From contig OZ296650.1 in assembly GCA_965655095.1 (NCBI GenBank), forward strand, positions 61,132,001-61,196,000: DNA of 64,000 nucleotides, read 5' to 3'. The number at the start of each line of letters is the position of its first letter. Positions within the stretch are counted from its first letter, which is position 1. Source of the stretch: Haplodiscus bocki (lineage: Eukaryota). The position numbers and the translations under genes are program-made. Positions 10,454-23,800 of the stretch are shown here, in pieces. The notes under the pieces are model-generated. The model was not told the DNA's origin. It did no database searches and saw only the letters and a program-made list of their open reading frames with translations.

Positions 10454-13140
10454 GTTAGTTTAGGAGTTATACATATATATTTTTGCCCATGCTGAATTCA
10501 AGCGTCAGCTTTTTTCTGTCTTAATCAGTTGAGAAACATTTTTCTCTTCCGTTTTTATATACCATTAAAATGTATACTATTAAAATTTAACAAGGCAGGA
10601 CGAGACTGGGAATATGAAAGGTATCTGAAATTAATCGGTTGTTTCTATGCATTTGAACCAATTTTTTCGGAGGGATTTTGTGATTTTAACTCGGATTTTT
10701 TTTGGCTTTCAAGGGGTAGTACATCCCTTTTTGGTATTACCATTGCCATAAATTTTGTGGATTACGCAAAGTTATCGCGAACTTTCTTGTATTTATTTTT
10801 GGGAGAATTTTCAATTTAAGCAAGGGGGTACCACGAATATTTTGGGTCTTGCTCAGGTTTAAAATCTTTAATATATGAATGGGGAGATGTTACAAAAATT
10901 TTAATGCAGTATTATGTTTGGTACAATTCGGTGTTACCGCTCAACCGCGGAGCTATTATTGGCTTCATTTCGTCATTCGCTTTCGGGTGAATGCTAATTA
11001 ATTTATAGCACCTTCTTATGTCTGCTAACTTTTTCAAATTACCTGAATTTTTGGCTCTTTCTTATATAAATTCTTTTTCACGTTTATCCATTAGTATGTT
11101 TGTTTTTTTTACAACTTTGAGCTAGTTTATATAAAGTGACTCACGTTCTCCTTTTTTCTAACAATGGTACTTTTTAGCGCTCAATGTTGATGTTTTGTCA
11201 ATATTTTATGGAGGCGGTCTTGTAGACAGTTCAAATGGATAGGAAAAATCAATGATCTTTCAATTCAGTAACTCGATGTTCGGGGGCCGCCAGGAGGCCT
11301 ATTTTTAGTCGGCGCTTCTAGGAATAAAGTATGCCCGACCTTAGCGACTTTTCTTTTGAGTAATTAAGTGAATTTTACTTTCTTCTTCGCACTTTGCAAA
11401 CGTCTTCTTGACTGACGGACTAGGCGAGGCTGATCCCTAAATTGAACCGGATGGGGCCCTGCTCGTCATTCAATTTTTCACACATTCTGACTGAAAGGAT
11501 AAATGCGTTGAAACCCGGTTCTTCTTAGTTTTTCTAAATCCTGCCCAGAACTTGTATTTTTTGACGTGATTGGAGAATCTAGTCATCGAGTGTAAACGGC
11601 CAAAAACGGCCTCCTTTTGTCAGGTACTTGTTCATTTTCTCGTGGTTCATTATGGAAACGTCTTAAACATTGGGCAGCAAAATGGCGTGACCTGAAAAGA
11701 TATGATTGACCTAACTGTTGTTTGAATGAGATAGTTTGGTAGGTACACTTTGCTTTTCACGTTTTTCACCGTGCTAACTTGTTGAACGTTGGGCAGCAAC
11801 GAAACTGTAAACTTGAAAGACATTATTGTCGTATCAATTTTCGAGTATGAGACCCTTTGAATGGTATTTCTCTCAATTTGACTCTTTCGTACAAACTATT
11901 GATTGACAGCTGGTGGAGTAGTGCCAATCACAATTCCGTTTACCATTTCAATTTTTTTTAATGAGATCTGTTATCTCAAACGACAAGTCACAATGAATGT
12001 GTTGCGAATTCCCGGTTCGCCTGTACGTTTTCTTTGTGCTTACCTTTTATCGTGTTCCCCGAGCTAGAGCAAGCATCACTGTTTTCAAGTACTTGTGGTA
12101 ATCGGACCTTAGCTTCAAATATTCAGGTGCTTAGATTCGAATAGTAAAATTTTCACATTAATTCGCATCTCGTTTTGCGGTTTTCCAAAATAGTGAGCAA
12201 TAATCGCGTCTAAATTTTGCTTATCAAATCGTTGAAAAATTTGCGAAGTATCAATGCGACGAATTTGACCGGTAGACTCTTGAATTCTTCGATGCTTTGA
12301 ACTGTCTGTGAACTGTTTGCAGTTTTTCGATGCAATGGGATTTTACGGTAAATTCCAATTCTATATTTTTAGGTGAGGGAAAGCAGATCAAAAGCTATTT
12401 AATACCGCAACACTTGAAACCTCCGTGGTAATTTTCCCGTTCCTCTTTGATACGGAAATTTCTTCTCCGAAGATCAATATGTGACCTAATAAATTATGGT
12501 TGTGGCCAGAAATCTTTATGGCTGTGGCCAGAAATCTTTCGATCGGATCGGTTTTTTCTGCTAATAAACTTGAAATTCGGGCAATTTGTGGGTATTTTGA
12601 TTTTTTTTGTGATTTTTCAGCCTTATATTATTGAAGCTAATTCAAAAAATGACCCATATTCAGCAGAGGAATAACAACAAGAGTTGAATGAATTATAGAA
12701 TGCAATTCGGTTGGGTCAGGAAATTTTTCGATGAGTTTTTTCTGCGAAAAATTTTAAAATCGAGCAATTTTTGGCTGTTTTGAAATATTTGGTCAAATTT
12801 GATTCCTATATTGTAGGAGGTTCGCGCAAAAACGCCTACTTTGAGCTGTCCTCGAGTTGGTAATATTGTTATAGCGTTTAACACGCTCAAAATGTATAAG
12901 GAGTATTTATCATAAAATTCGGAAAACATTTGACGTTCAGGAAAATTTCTACCACGTCTCCGATCGTTGTATCAAATGATTTTCAGCATATTTGAGTCAT
13001 TGTGTCTCCTATTTCTTGTTTTCTTTTTAAAAAGTCACAAGTTTTGAGCGTGATTTTTTGTGGTCTGCATATGTTGCGTAGCGTCCGCTTCGCTTGTGTC
13101 ATTGAACTTGATTCGTTCGTTCCAATAAAGGATTAGTTTC

Positions 13141-14733
13141 AATGAAGAAGAGAACAATCAAGAACTGGAAATGAGTTCTTTGTCAAAAAAGCTCGCTTGG
13201 TGTGACTTGTTTGAGAGCAAAAAGAGAAATAACTGTTTGAGTCAAGATAAAAACAAGCAAAGTCAGGAAATGATGTATGGCACCATTGATGATCAAGGGT
13301 CCACGTGCAAGAAAGTGGCTAGAGTCACTGGAATCGTTCAGCCAATGAGAAGCGTGCGGGGGGCCGACGAGAAAACACAAGAATGGTCTACTTGACTTTG
13401 ATGTCAATGTCGCCATAGCAGTGTATTGACTCCTTTAGTGAAAACTGGATATCAAACCCTCACTCGAGATTCTTGATTTCCGAGAAAAATGTATTCATAG
13501 CCGCTGAAGTTGTGTATGCCCTATATTTTGACTGAAATTTGTATTCAGTTACTTCCTGTGCTGGTACAGCTAAAATCGTGTTTTCAGATGTACCAGTGTT
13601 GACGTCAATGCAGTGCGTCATAGACAGTGCTGTCCACTTCATTATCAAAATATCAACGAAATTTTTCTCCGAAACAACTCGAGCGAATTGATAGATCGAT
13701 TGATTCAATATTTGCTCGTTTATTATCATCAAACGAGCTCAATAATACGGGTCTAAATTATAGGGTTTGGCTAGTGACATGCTTACATGTCATCAATGCT
13801 TCAGCATTAACAATCACAGTTTCTCTTATACTGGTTTGATTTGAGTATGTCAAGTGTTCGGATCTTAAGATTAAACTCCCCAAACCAGGATGGGGGTGCA
13901 AACAAGATCCAAGTGTTCTGTGGTCATGTGAAGTTTTGGACCAAATATTAACGAAGATCATTGGACAGCACTGGTGATCAATCGCCACTGATCGTTTTTC
14001 TTTACATTGAAACCGGAAAATAAATCAACTAACAGCATTTTTGGAATTTGTTTGTGTTCTGCGATGTTCAATTTAAAAATTCGAGTGAAAATTTGTTTCG
14101 ATTTCTGTCTTTTGTGACATAGACATTAGTCTTTCCGGTAAAAATGGAATTGAACAACGTGGAATTTTCCAATTTATCAGTTGAAGTTTGTTCAGGAGAA
14201 GAGAAATTTGGTGAGAACGGTTCGAATTGAAGCCGCCTGTAAGCCATGATATTATCTGAAATTTGTCTGTATACCCGCAAGGTTTCGGTATCACGAAAGG
14301 TAACCAACATTTGTCACAAGGATGTCTCTTCGCAAAATTGATAGGGGGAGCATTTAGTACTTTCGAAAAGTCATCCATGTTTTCAGATCCTGTGCTCATG
14401 TCTATTGGCAATCGGTACCCCAGATTCGGGCAATACAATGCTGCAATAGGAAGCCGAGTGCCGAATTCCATCGATAAATATCCTGAGTTTCAGAAGGTCA
14501 AACCTAACAGAGATATGTTGAAGCGGGAGCAGCTAGATTTGTTGCACATTCTCAGAGAAAAGATGCATCTCGATGTCACTGAGCTGGTACCCGAAGAAAA
14601 GACTCCCCTCTGCAGTTTCGTCGAAGATTTAGGTCAGAAGCACTTATTAATGCTTACGCTTCTTGCTATTTGCCAAAACTTTCTCTTCTCCATGCACAAT
14701 AAATTGCAAATGAATTATAACAAAATCGGATGA
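13141..14733 (+). pseudogene. Decayed trypsin-like (Trypsin_2/FAM111-like) serine protease sequence
   Basis: In order: WLVTCLHVI (His motif, cf. ILTCRHVI), V*FEY, WSCEVLDQILTKI (Asp motif, cf. ELDYAVLKL) and TFEKSSMFSDPVL...GQYNAAIG (degenerate GxSGSPV...MHAAG). Many stops; boundaries approximate. Confidence 0.5.
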
Positions 14734-16361
14734 ACAAGGATGAAAAAGACTATTGTGGAGCGATTAAAAAAACTTGTGGGTCTTTTTTGTCATTTCTCCC
14801 CAGCCCTACTGACAAAATTTTTATTCCCTCCTCCCAGCTGAGCAGTATGGTTCAAGTTTCTGTTTGATAAACTTATTGGAACTAGCTGTTTGTTAACTCT
14901 AATTAGCTTCAGTAAGCAGTCAGATTCTTGGAAGGTACATGAGATTTGTGAATAGTGTGCACTATCTACTGTCTCGCAAAAGATGTATCCACTGAATACA
15001 TTTGCAGAAGTAGCTACTGCTTCTACTGGCGGAGCTTGTTTTTGGAACCTCGTTCTAAAATTCGTTCCTTGCGGCTAATGTAGCTCGAGAAGTGATTGGC
15101 ATAGAGGTAAAAATTGTGACTCTCAATCGAAAGGTTGGTTATGTGTACGATCCATCCAATGTCTTTGTTACTTGAGTCTTAGTTTGCTGCAGGCTAGTAG
15201 CTATAAAAGAGCTGTCAATCATCAGTGGCTTATGAATAGGCGACGGCTGAAGATCAATAGATCTACAAGAGCTCATGAAATCGGGACCTGTCCCATATGA
15301 CGAGATAACTGACATTGTGATTCAATGTATCGACGTTTAGTTTTCATATACAGTAATGATGAAGACAAACGCATCAAGACGCCCAAAATAGACCTAATTT
15401 GAGAAATCTCATTGACCAAATATTATTGGTCAACTTGACAATTTCTATTGATTTTGCACTTTTCCTTAATTGTGAGTCTGTTATGAAATACGTTTCGCCA
15501 AACTTTCCTTCCCAAAAGAATCCCCTGAATCTTTTAAAGTCACTGATACCTATTGATATCAAAGTTATGTGGAGTTTTTCAATAGAATTGAAGTTTTAAA
15601 TTTGCAAATTTCAAACTACAATGTTAATACATGTAAGTTCGAAAATGGATATTTTCGGAGCCCGATATTTTTACTATTTCATAAGTTTAATTCAAAGCAC
15701 AGCACTGGCTTCAGGATGGCCAGTGGAATTTTTTGATGATGAAATTTGCCGGAAAACGATGTTTTTGAATGGATCAAAAATTGAAAAAGCCCCCAATTTG
15801 AGCCAAAGTTGTCCGAAAATGGCTATTCGCAACTTTTGAAATATTGGCAGTGGAAGCTTCAAATAAAAACGACTGTAAATTAAATAAAACTCCAAGAAAC
15901 TTTCACAAAGGATGTTTTTGGAGAATCCTAATAGTTTTGGTGATACTCGAGATTTGTGCTTTGATGCGTTTATTTTTTTCAGTATTTTGCATGTAATCGG
16001 ATATCTCAATATTCGTATAACGAAAGTTTCGTGTAAGAATAGCTCACCTCGTATAAGTTGGGAACTTCCGAGTACTCAATAATGACCGATATTTGAAACC
16101 AATTTCTGGAAGATGACGTGAGTAGACATACTTAGATACGTCGATAATAATTCAATGTAAGATCTCTGTCAACATCATCAGAATTTTGAAACCAACAATC
16201 ACATTATACATAACAAGAAAACACCTAAGGGTCCGCTCTAGAAGATTCTCGGCACTTTGAGACAAAAAAATCTCGATACCCCCAATATGTTTTACCGAAA
16301 AAGTTCTAACGCTTTAACCTGCTCGGTTTTTTTAACAGTGCATGACGTGAGAGTGTTTCAG

Positions 16362-16743
16362 CGATTGTGTTCAACGGCAAAGCCTTACTAACCAGAGGAC
16401 CCCAAATGGGAGATCCAAGGGAGTTGGAGATCAAGTCACTCAAAATTGCTTTGAAGGACTACGGTATAGAGCCCATCTTCATGGAACAGAACTACCCCGA
16501 AATGAACGGGGGAGGGGGAGATGGTAGCACTGCAGCAGAGAACGGTGCCCTGGAACATTCTGGTGGAGGTAGTGATCTCAAACGGATTGTGGGTGGCGAT
16601 GTGCTCTTCACTGGCTACGAGTTCTTCATCGGCATCAGTTACTTCACCAATATCGAGGGAGCTATGGAGTTTGCAGCCAAGATGACTGATCTCGCAGTTA
16701 CAATAGTGAACCTTCCGCTAGAAACTAGTTCAGACCCCGAAAT
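16362..16743 (+). CDS. DDAH-like: DDAH-like (dimethylarginine dimethylaminohydrolase fold) gene, internal exon
   Basis: AIVFNGKALLTR...[27 protein letters not shown] matches DDAH AVV...ALITRP and [26 protein letters not shown]; acceptor tttcag| ends 16361, donor AT|gtgagt at 16744. Confidence 0.9.
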
Positions 16744-18135
16744 GTGAGTGTCACGAAATGTCATTAGTCACTTATGATATATCATTTGTTATCCCCGGGA
16801 ACCTATCCCTCGAGTATCATTTGTTATAGAGTATCAGTGTTATCCCCGGGAACTTTTCAATTCAGTTATCCCAATATGCTCAAAGAAGGATTGAAAGTTA
16901 AGGCGGAGCAGCATAAAACATGCGTTATTAAGACAACTTTTCTCTCAATCCTCCCTGAATGTGATTTTACTGCAGAACAGTAGTTCTACTGACTGGATAA
17001 AATGAGGTTGTTAAAAGATTTCAACTCTGATCCGGGCAATGTTGTTGGCTTTCCCAAGTTCTGGGAACGAAGGGAATCAAACAATATTGAAGACATGACA
17101 GTATTTCAACGTTGGTGCAGGGGTTTAGGAGGACGTGCTAAGTACTGGGAGTGACCGTGAGCTGTTAATGTGAGGAATGTTTTCGATTCTCATACGAGAT
17201 TCTGTCGGGGTTAGGGTATTGGCATTCCGAGGATTGCCGGCAATAAAAGTTTTGTAAACATTGAAATGAGAAAATATTCAAACTGTGTACGCGGGCTAGG
17301 TAGGAAGTACCTGGTACTGGATTTCGGAGACGAAGTAGAGTTAGGGTTTAAATCTTGATTTTAATCCAGGTAATTCTCTAAGGGTGTGGCCATTTGGATA
17401 CTGTAGTGAGAGGGAATGACCAAAATTTTTGAAGAAATATGATTTTTCTAGCTTGTGTACAGTGGTTAAGAGGGAAGCCCCTGGTTGGTGCGAATGACCT
17501 GAAAATTTAAATTGGGGAAGGGAACGTGTTCCACTTCAAATCCGAGCTTGTATCCAAGGAAGGATGTGGGTATTTCCATACTGTGAAACATGTTCTTTTT
17601 GTAAACTTTGAATCGATTTCATTTTTGGTAATGCCGAGGAAAGAATTACTTAGACTGGCAGGCCAATTTAAAATAGGGAGAGGTTCCAATTATATTCCGA
17701 TGTACTTTCCAGCCGAGGGCCTGGCCACTCGCAAGTGGTGTTGATTTGATGAAAGTTTTCTGGGAACGAAGGGCTCTCCGCGCAAGCACCCCCCTTTAGC
17801 AGAGGACACTGAAATGGTTATCCGAAAAATCATCCATTGTCATATCCGCCTTCTGCGTCCATATTTTGACTGCTAGTTTCTAAGCACGTATTGCCTTGTA
17901 TCATCCTTTGAGGCCTCTATTGTTTCTAGAGTTGAAATTTCGGTGCTGTTCTTTATACAAACAACACAGTAAACAAACAAACTGAAAGACCTTATGCAGG
18001 TTGAAGAATACTTTTAGTATTGACGGGAAGCAACCTTTATGAGTAAGAATTCAGCTTCATTCTTCGTAATGAATTTTTATCAATTTTTCTCGTTACTTGT
18101 TAGTGTGTTCATATTGAGTTTTTGTGGTTTGGCAG

Positions 18136-18502
18136 AAAATCGCGTCGACTGAAGGACTACATAACAGTGGCATGCGATGGTCTTCTTGTAATAGCAGACA
18201 CTGCGGACGGGAATTTCCTGCTGAAACAAATCATAAACAATTCTAGTTATGACTACAACACCGTGAAGATGCGTGCAGAGTTCATTTCGAACTGTATCTA
18301 CGTTAACGGATATCTTCTGTACCCAGACACTGGCAACACCCTGGGCGTGGACGGGGAGAGTGACTACAAGTCCCTGGACCAGTTAATATCCAGAATCCCT
18401 GTTCCTGCTGCTGAATTCACTCGCATCAAAACCGCTCTGAGTAGAAGAATCCTCATATTTGACGCTCCACACACACACGGAGCACGCAGAAGGTTTCCCT
18501 GA
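18136..18502 (+). CDS. DDAH-like: DDAH-like gene, terminal exon
   Basis: Acceptor ttggcag|A joins in frame (AT|A = Ile). RRLKDYITVA, SNCIYVNG and IPVPAAEFTRIKTALSRRILI align with DDAH LHLKSFCSMA, ANCIYLN and [22 protein letters not shown]; TGA stop at 18500-18502. Confidence 0.88.
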
Positions 18503-19252
18503 CTCTAATTATTACGTAATCATGGTTGTTACCAAAGCCGTGACAAACTCATGTCATTTCATCGTGGTAGCAAAACAAGTCGATCGACGAAACGTTTCAA
18601 AAACCGCCAATTTGAGTTAATTTTCTTCAAAAATGGTTTACCATATCATTAATATTACAATATTAGTCGTACAAGTTCCAATTGAGACCTATAACCTACT
18701 AGATAAAATTCTAACTTTTTAGAACGAATTTCCCATTATTTTTGGCGATATTCGAACTTGAGATACAGCCGTTACTTTTTCACCAGTATGTTAGATGCTG
18801 TATGCATTCTTTAAGCCCATTGGTTGATCGATTTTGCCAAAATTTTTACTGCGTTTGCATCCAATAAAAGTTGGATCACAAAAAAACGAACCACCATAAT
18901 ACGTTGATCACATGCTTTAACTGCTCTGACGCCGTTGTTAGACCTGTCGAAATGGCTTTTCATGGTGAATCTAGTAATATCGGTCGACAGTGAACAACCA
19001 CAGATGATGCCATGATTCTCATGCTCAATATTTTGACATGCAGTGATTAAATTCATGAATCATTCATCCAAATAAATGACCTCTATCATTTTTTAGTAAA
19101 TTTATTGAAGCAATGCAAAAAAACTTTTTGTACTTATTTTTTGATAAAGGCTCCCAACTGGCTCTTCTATAATGGAAATTTTAGAATAACTGAAAAGGAT
19201 TCATGCAATATAGTATGTTAAAGCTTTTTGTGTGCCTACCAAAAAAAGAATA

Positions 19253-19905
19253 CAGTGAAGTTCGGTTATAACCATTTCGCAAATAAATTCCGGGACCTTG
19301 TATACTATTATGCCAGAACAATTTCAGAGTTTCTGCAACGTTATTCAATTCACATGTACCGTATGTTGACCGCCAAAAAAGTAAACTGGCGCTCCTAATT
19401 AGGAGGGTCTCACGCAATTTCTATTATGCCAGAACAATTTCAGAGTTTCTGCAACGTTATTCAATTCACATGTACCGTATGTTGACCGCCAAAAAAGTAA
19501 ACTGGCGCTCCTAATTAGGAGGGTCTCACGCAATTTCTTATGTTAAAATGAGGAACCCCCATCTAATTAGGACATCCCTATTACCGTCCAAGAATTTTCG
19601 ATTGGATCACTTCCCTCTCCTATCATAACTCCCCTCGATGAAATACGGTCACCAGAGTATGAAAAAATCAGAAGGATAAATATCATAGACAAATAGTTTC
19701 TTGAAAGGGAGATTTGGCTCTGGAAAATAAACTCTTTAGAAAATTTCCAATGGAAAATGTCCTATTCGGACTAAAGTTGATAAAAATGCTACCGATAACT
19801 ATATCATTGAATTTAATTTTTGAGCATTTTTTTTATCTCAACGTATATCAGTTATTACATAAATTTTATTAGTTCACAAGGGTGGTGCTATAACCGAACT
19901 CACCG
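19253..19905. mobile_element. Tc1/mariner-type MITE, probably with a nested second MITE
   Basis: TA|CAGTGAAGTTCGGTTATA at the left and TATAACCGAACTCACCG at the right are near-perfect inverted repeats; an internal TACCGTAT...ATACGGT pair with CTAATTAGGA motifs suggests nesting. Confidence 0.55.
19305..19536. repeat. Perfect 116-bp tandem duplication
   Basis: 19305-19420 is identical to 19421-19536; each copy contains the 14-bp palindrome CTCCTAATTAGGAG. Confidence 0.95.
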
Positions 19906-22900
19906 AATGAACTTCATTGGGCTCTTACTCTATTATTGTGCTACTGCGAAATTTCTGCAAAAATAGGCGAGCAGTTTTGTTCAAGAGAGCTTCTTTAATC
20001 GGAAAACTACCCTAGAAGTCGAGATTCTAATAATCAAGTGTGAGGTTTTTTGAAAAGTTGCATAATTCAAAAGATCTGAAGCTTTGAGGCACAGGTTTAG
20101 CAGCGTGGAGAAGTTTTTCATCGCCTGTTTTAAGTTATGATGATTTTATTAAATTACATTCCGCATGTTTTCTTAATTATTAGTTATTTCTATTAAATTG
20201 ATTGACTTAAATTCAGTTGTTTAATTTAATTGCTTTTCTTTGCATAAGAAATAGTGATGAACTTTTGACAGTGAAAACTCCAATTATAAACTCGATATTT
20301 ATCTCGAACTTTTTAAGTCTGAAAAAAGTGATAAATTAATCTAAGAATTCGTGAAGGCTGCTCAGTACGTTCGTAGAAATGTCTTTAAAATGGAATTTTT
20401 CTGAATGAAATCAGCGCCTCTTTCGGTTGATGCTCTGCTTACACCTGGGTCAATAATTACAAGCTGAGAACGGTACAAGTCGGCGCCACCCGTAAAGCCC
20501 AATATACTTGAAGGGGAGCCGGTGACGGATTGAAAAAGTTTGGGTTTTTCCCAACAAATCTCACTATAAAAAGGGGGCTTTTCACTGTTTTTGATCGAAA
20601 AAAATTCTGTCTAACAATTATTGAAAAAGTAGCACGGGGACCCTTTGGTGTTCCGAAAATTGCGCTTTCCGAATACTTTTAGTATAGGAAATGGGGCATC
20701 ATCATCATCTGCCGGTAGAAGAATTTGGCTTTTTTCAACACCACTTCTGTTCGTAGTTTAGGAGTACACCAATCACTTCCTTTTCGTCGAATACACGGTG
20801 AAAAATATTCTTCAAAATAATTGGAAACCGACCACTGTAAAAGTGGCACCGACTAAAAGTATTGAAAGCACCGACTAAAGACCTTAGAAAATTGCTTTTC
20901 TCTACAGATTGTGTTTTTTATTCGTTATCCGCGAAAAATCATGAATTATGATTCGAAAATCAAGGATGTTTTCACGAGCATCTGTTAAAAATGTTTTTTT
21001 AATGGCTATTGGTCACATGGAGTCCACCTAGTGTTTGTTCCGTTGCTTGGTACTTAGGGTTTCTGCCAAGTTTTATTGATAGTATGTTTCGTACTTTTAA
21101 TGCGAAATATACTTTGTATTTGTGGAATCTAAGTTGTTTTTACTTGCGTTGTAATGTTTTTTTGATGACTACTGTTCGGATTGCCTCAGTTCAAAGTTCA
21201 TTGAACTAACTAGTTAGTCGATGCTTGAAGTTTTTGTCGAACAACTGGACTCTGCCTATTCTGTTCTTTTGCCAAAAGTTAGTGTAGCAGCAAAATCTTT
21301 AAAGTTTTTTCCTGCGTGTTTCGTTAGTTTTTTGGTTGGATTTGATCCGGCCGTCAGTAAGAAATGGTTGGATTGCGTCCAGTCAGTTCATTTTGAACGT
21401 AGTTCGGCAACGCGGTTTTTTTGTTGCGCCTTACTTTAAACGCCATTTTCTTGTTGATCACACGGCATCCATCCAGTCCAGTGTTAATTTGTACACTCCC
21501 AGGTAAAGACTCTAAAGGGTTGCGAAGTTTGGGTCTTTCTTGCTTTTTTGAAGAATACCTCAACTTGTAATTTTCCAGACGGAGAATTATTAATTTGCGT
21601 CTTTCGTTAAAAATGTGTTTGAAAACAAATTGCGGCTTACGTTTCATCTAGCGTTACGTGGAACAGCATATGTTTCGATTTTCTAGTGAACTCTAGGAGC
21701 TTCTGTATGCCTACTGACGTCGCATGATACCCGTTTCTGTAGGTCGAAAGTCATCGGTATTTGAGAATAATTTTTTGACGCGTCTTCTTTCAGAAGTGTT
21801 TTTATCTCGAAAAGCAGCAATTTGATTACACGCACAAAATGGTGATCCGGATATCCGCTCACTGACTGTTTTGCTCTCGATTAGTGATTGAGGTTTTATA
21901 CTTCATTGCGACTTGGGCTTTCAAAATGTTCTCAGATGCTTCCTCCATATGGATAGTTATCTTCTCTAACGGGTTGCTGCTAGCTCTTTTCTGGATCAAC
22001 GGAAAGCTCGTGCTGATTTCCGGTATATTGGGTTTTTGTTCGAGAGGTTTTTCAATTTCCCAAAGTGCTTCTGTCGAGACGGTTTCCTAAACAAATCCTA
22101 GAATTTCTGAAAGAGAATTTTCTTGTTTTTGTGTTTTTTATCAGCTACTGTGTTACAAAGTCTTGCTTCCACCTCCTCCCAAGTCCTTCTGAAGCACAGA
22201 TTCGCTTCTATGTTTGGCTTACATCCAAAAAGTGTTCGGGAATGAGTTCACAGGGTCTTTTTCCGATTCATTCAAACCTCGCATCGTCTTGCTTGTCAGC
22301 TGTTTTTTAATTCGGTAGTAGGAATTTGGCATGTAATTGACTAGGCTAGACTTTCAGTTTGCTTTTCAAGAACAGCTTATTAAATAGAAAAAAAAATAAG
22401 AATTACCGATGTACAATGGTCCAGCTTTGCTAGCGTCGATTTATTTATTGCTGATTTGGCATAATTTTCATTACAGATTGCACTCCTGCAGAGTTTATTC
22501 AACAGCCGGAAGAATGAAGAACCGGTGGAGTGGTAGGGTTGTCCTGTTTCCTATTTTTACCATGAAATATCGCGTTTCAATGTTTGACTTTAGAGAATTT
22601 TTCTCTCGTCTTCTGAAAATTTATTTTTCTCAACGACGAACTGTCGGATTGCAGACATCCAGTGCTCATTCTAAAGACGTGAATCTATGGGGTAGCAGGA
22701 ATGTCATCTTTGAACATCCGAGGTGTAGGCAATGTATTCTTGACTTTATGTATACATGAACGTTGTATATATGAACGTACTTTATGATGCAAACGGACAG
22801 CTGTTTCAGACCAAGTACAACTTTCACAGTTTTGTTTTCACCGTTATTTTCTAAATCTTTCAATTTCTTCAGTATCTCGTCACCTAAGGAACGTTTTTTT

Positions 22901-22989
22901 CTTAATTTGTGAATAAAAATATTACAAAGAGAATCACGTATGCAACATAAATTTCAGTTGAGGTTGAAAAGTTTTTGATAGGTTTTATT

Positions 22990-23800
22990 CGAGAAAGAAA
23001 ATCGAGCTGGTATTTTAGGACGTTTTGTCAAATTTAACTGCTATATCCTGGGACAGAGGTCTCCAGATCAGCCGAATCTTGGCTCTACTTTCAGAGTCCA
23101 TTCTATCATAGATTAGGTTTTGGTTGAGGTTAGAAGTTTTGCAACTTTTTTGTGGAAAAAAAATCAACGAAAATCTAGCTAATTTCGGCTTTTCATTAGT
23201 TTTTTTTCAACTCAAGTTTTAGTGCTATCTCCTTGCACCTAGGTGTCCAGATCACCTTTCCATGGCATATGCAGTACCAACAGGCTCCAATCTATCAACT
23301 ATTAAGCTTTGATATGAGCTGCAGTGTTTTTGATACGTTTCTTGGATAAATTGTTGAATTTCGAGCTAATTTCCGCTGTTTATTATACTTTTGTCACATT
23401 TAATTTGTGCTTTTCTTTTATACCTGGTTCCTCAGAACCTCTCATTTCTGCAGAGGCATAACAAGCCGACTTCTTCGTCAACTTTTAGATTTTGAAATTT
23501 TGGTCGCTGTTCAAATATTTTTGGTGGGTGTTTTGAGAAAGAGAAATCGTAAAGATCGAGCTAATTTCGGCTGCTACATTTGAGTGCTACATCTTTGGTC
23601 GTGGTTTTCCTTTAACTTGAATTTTGCATGGGTTTTACAAGCAGGCTCCAATCTATCAAATGTTTACTTTTGGGTGAGGTTGAATAATTTTTGATAGCTG
23701 GGTTTTCAAGTTTCGTCTCAAAAAACTTGAAAATCCAGCTGAGTTTGACAATTTTCAAGATACTTCATGGAATTTCAATCTAATGTTGTGGCGTCTACGC
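22990..23800. repeat. Degenerate tandem array, ~5 units of ~170-195 bp
   Basis: ATCGAGCTAATTTCGGCT-like motif recurs at ~23001, 23173, 23360, 23555 and 23733; CAGGCTCCAATCTATCAA recurs at ~23281 and ~23642. Confidence 0.7.
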
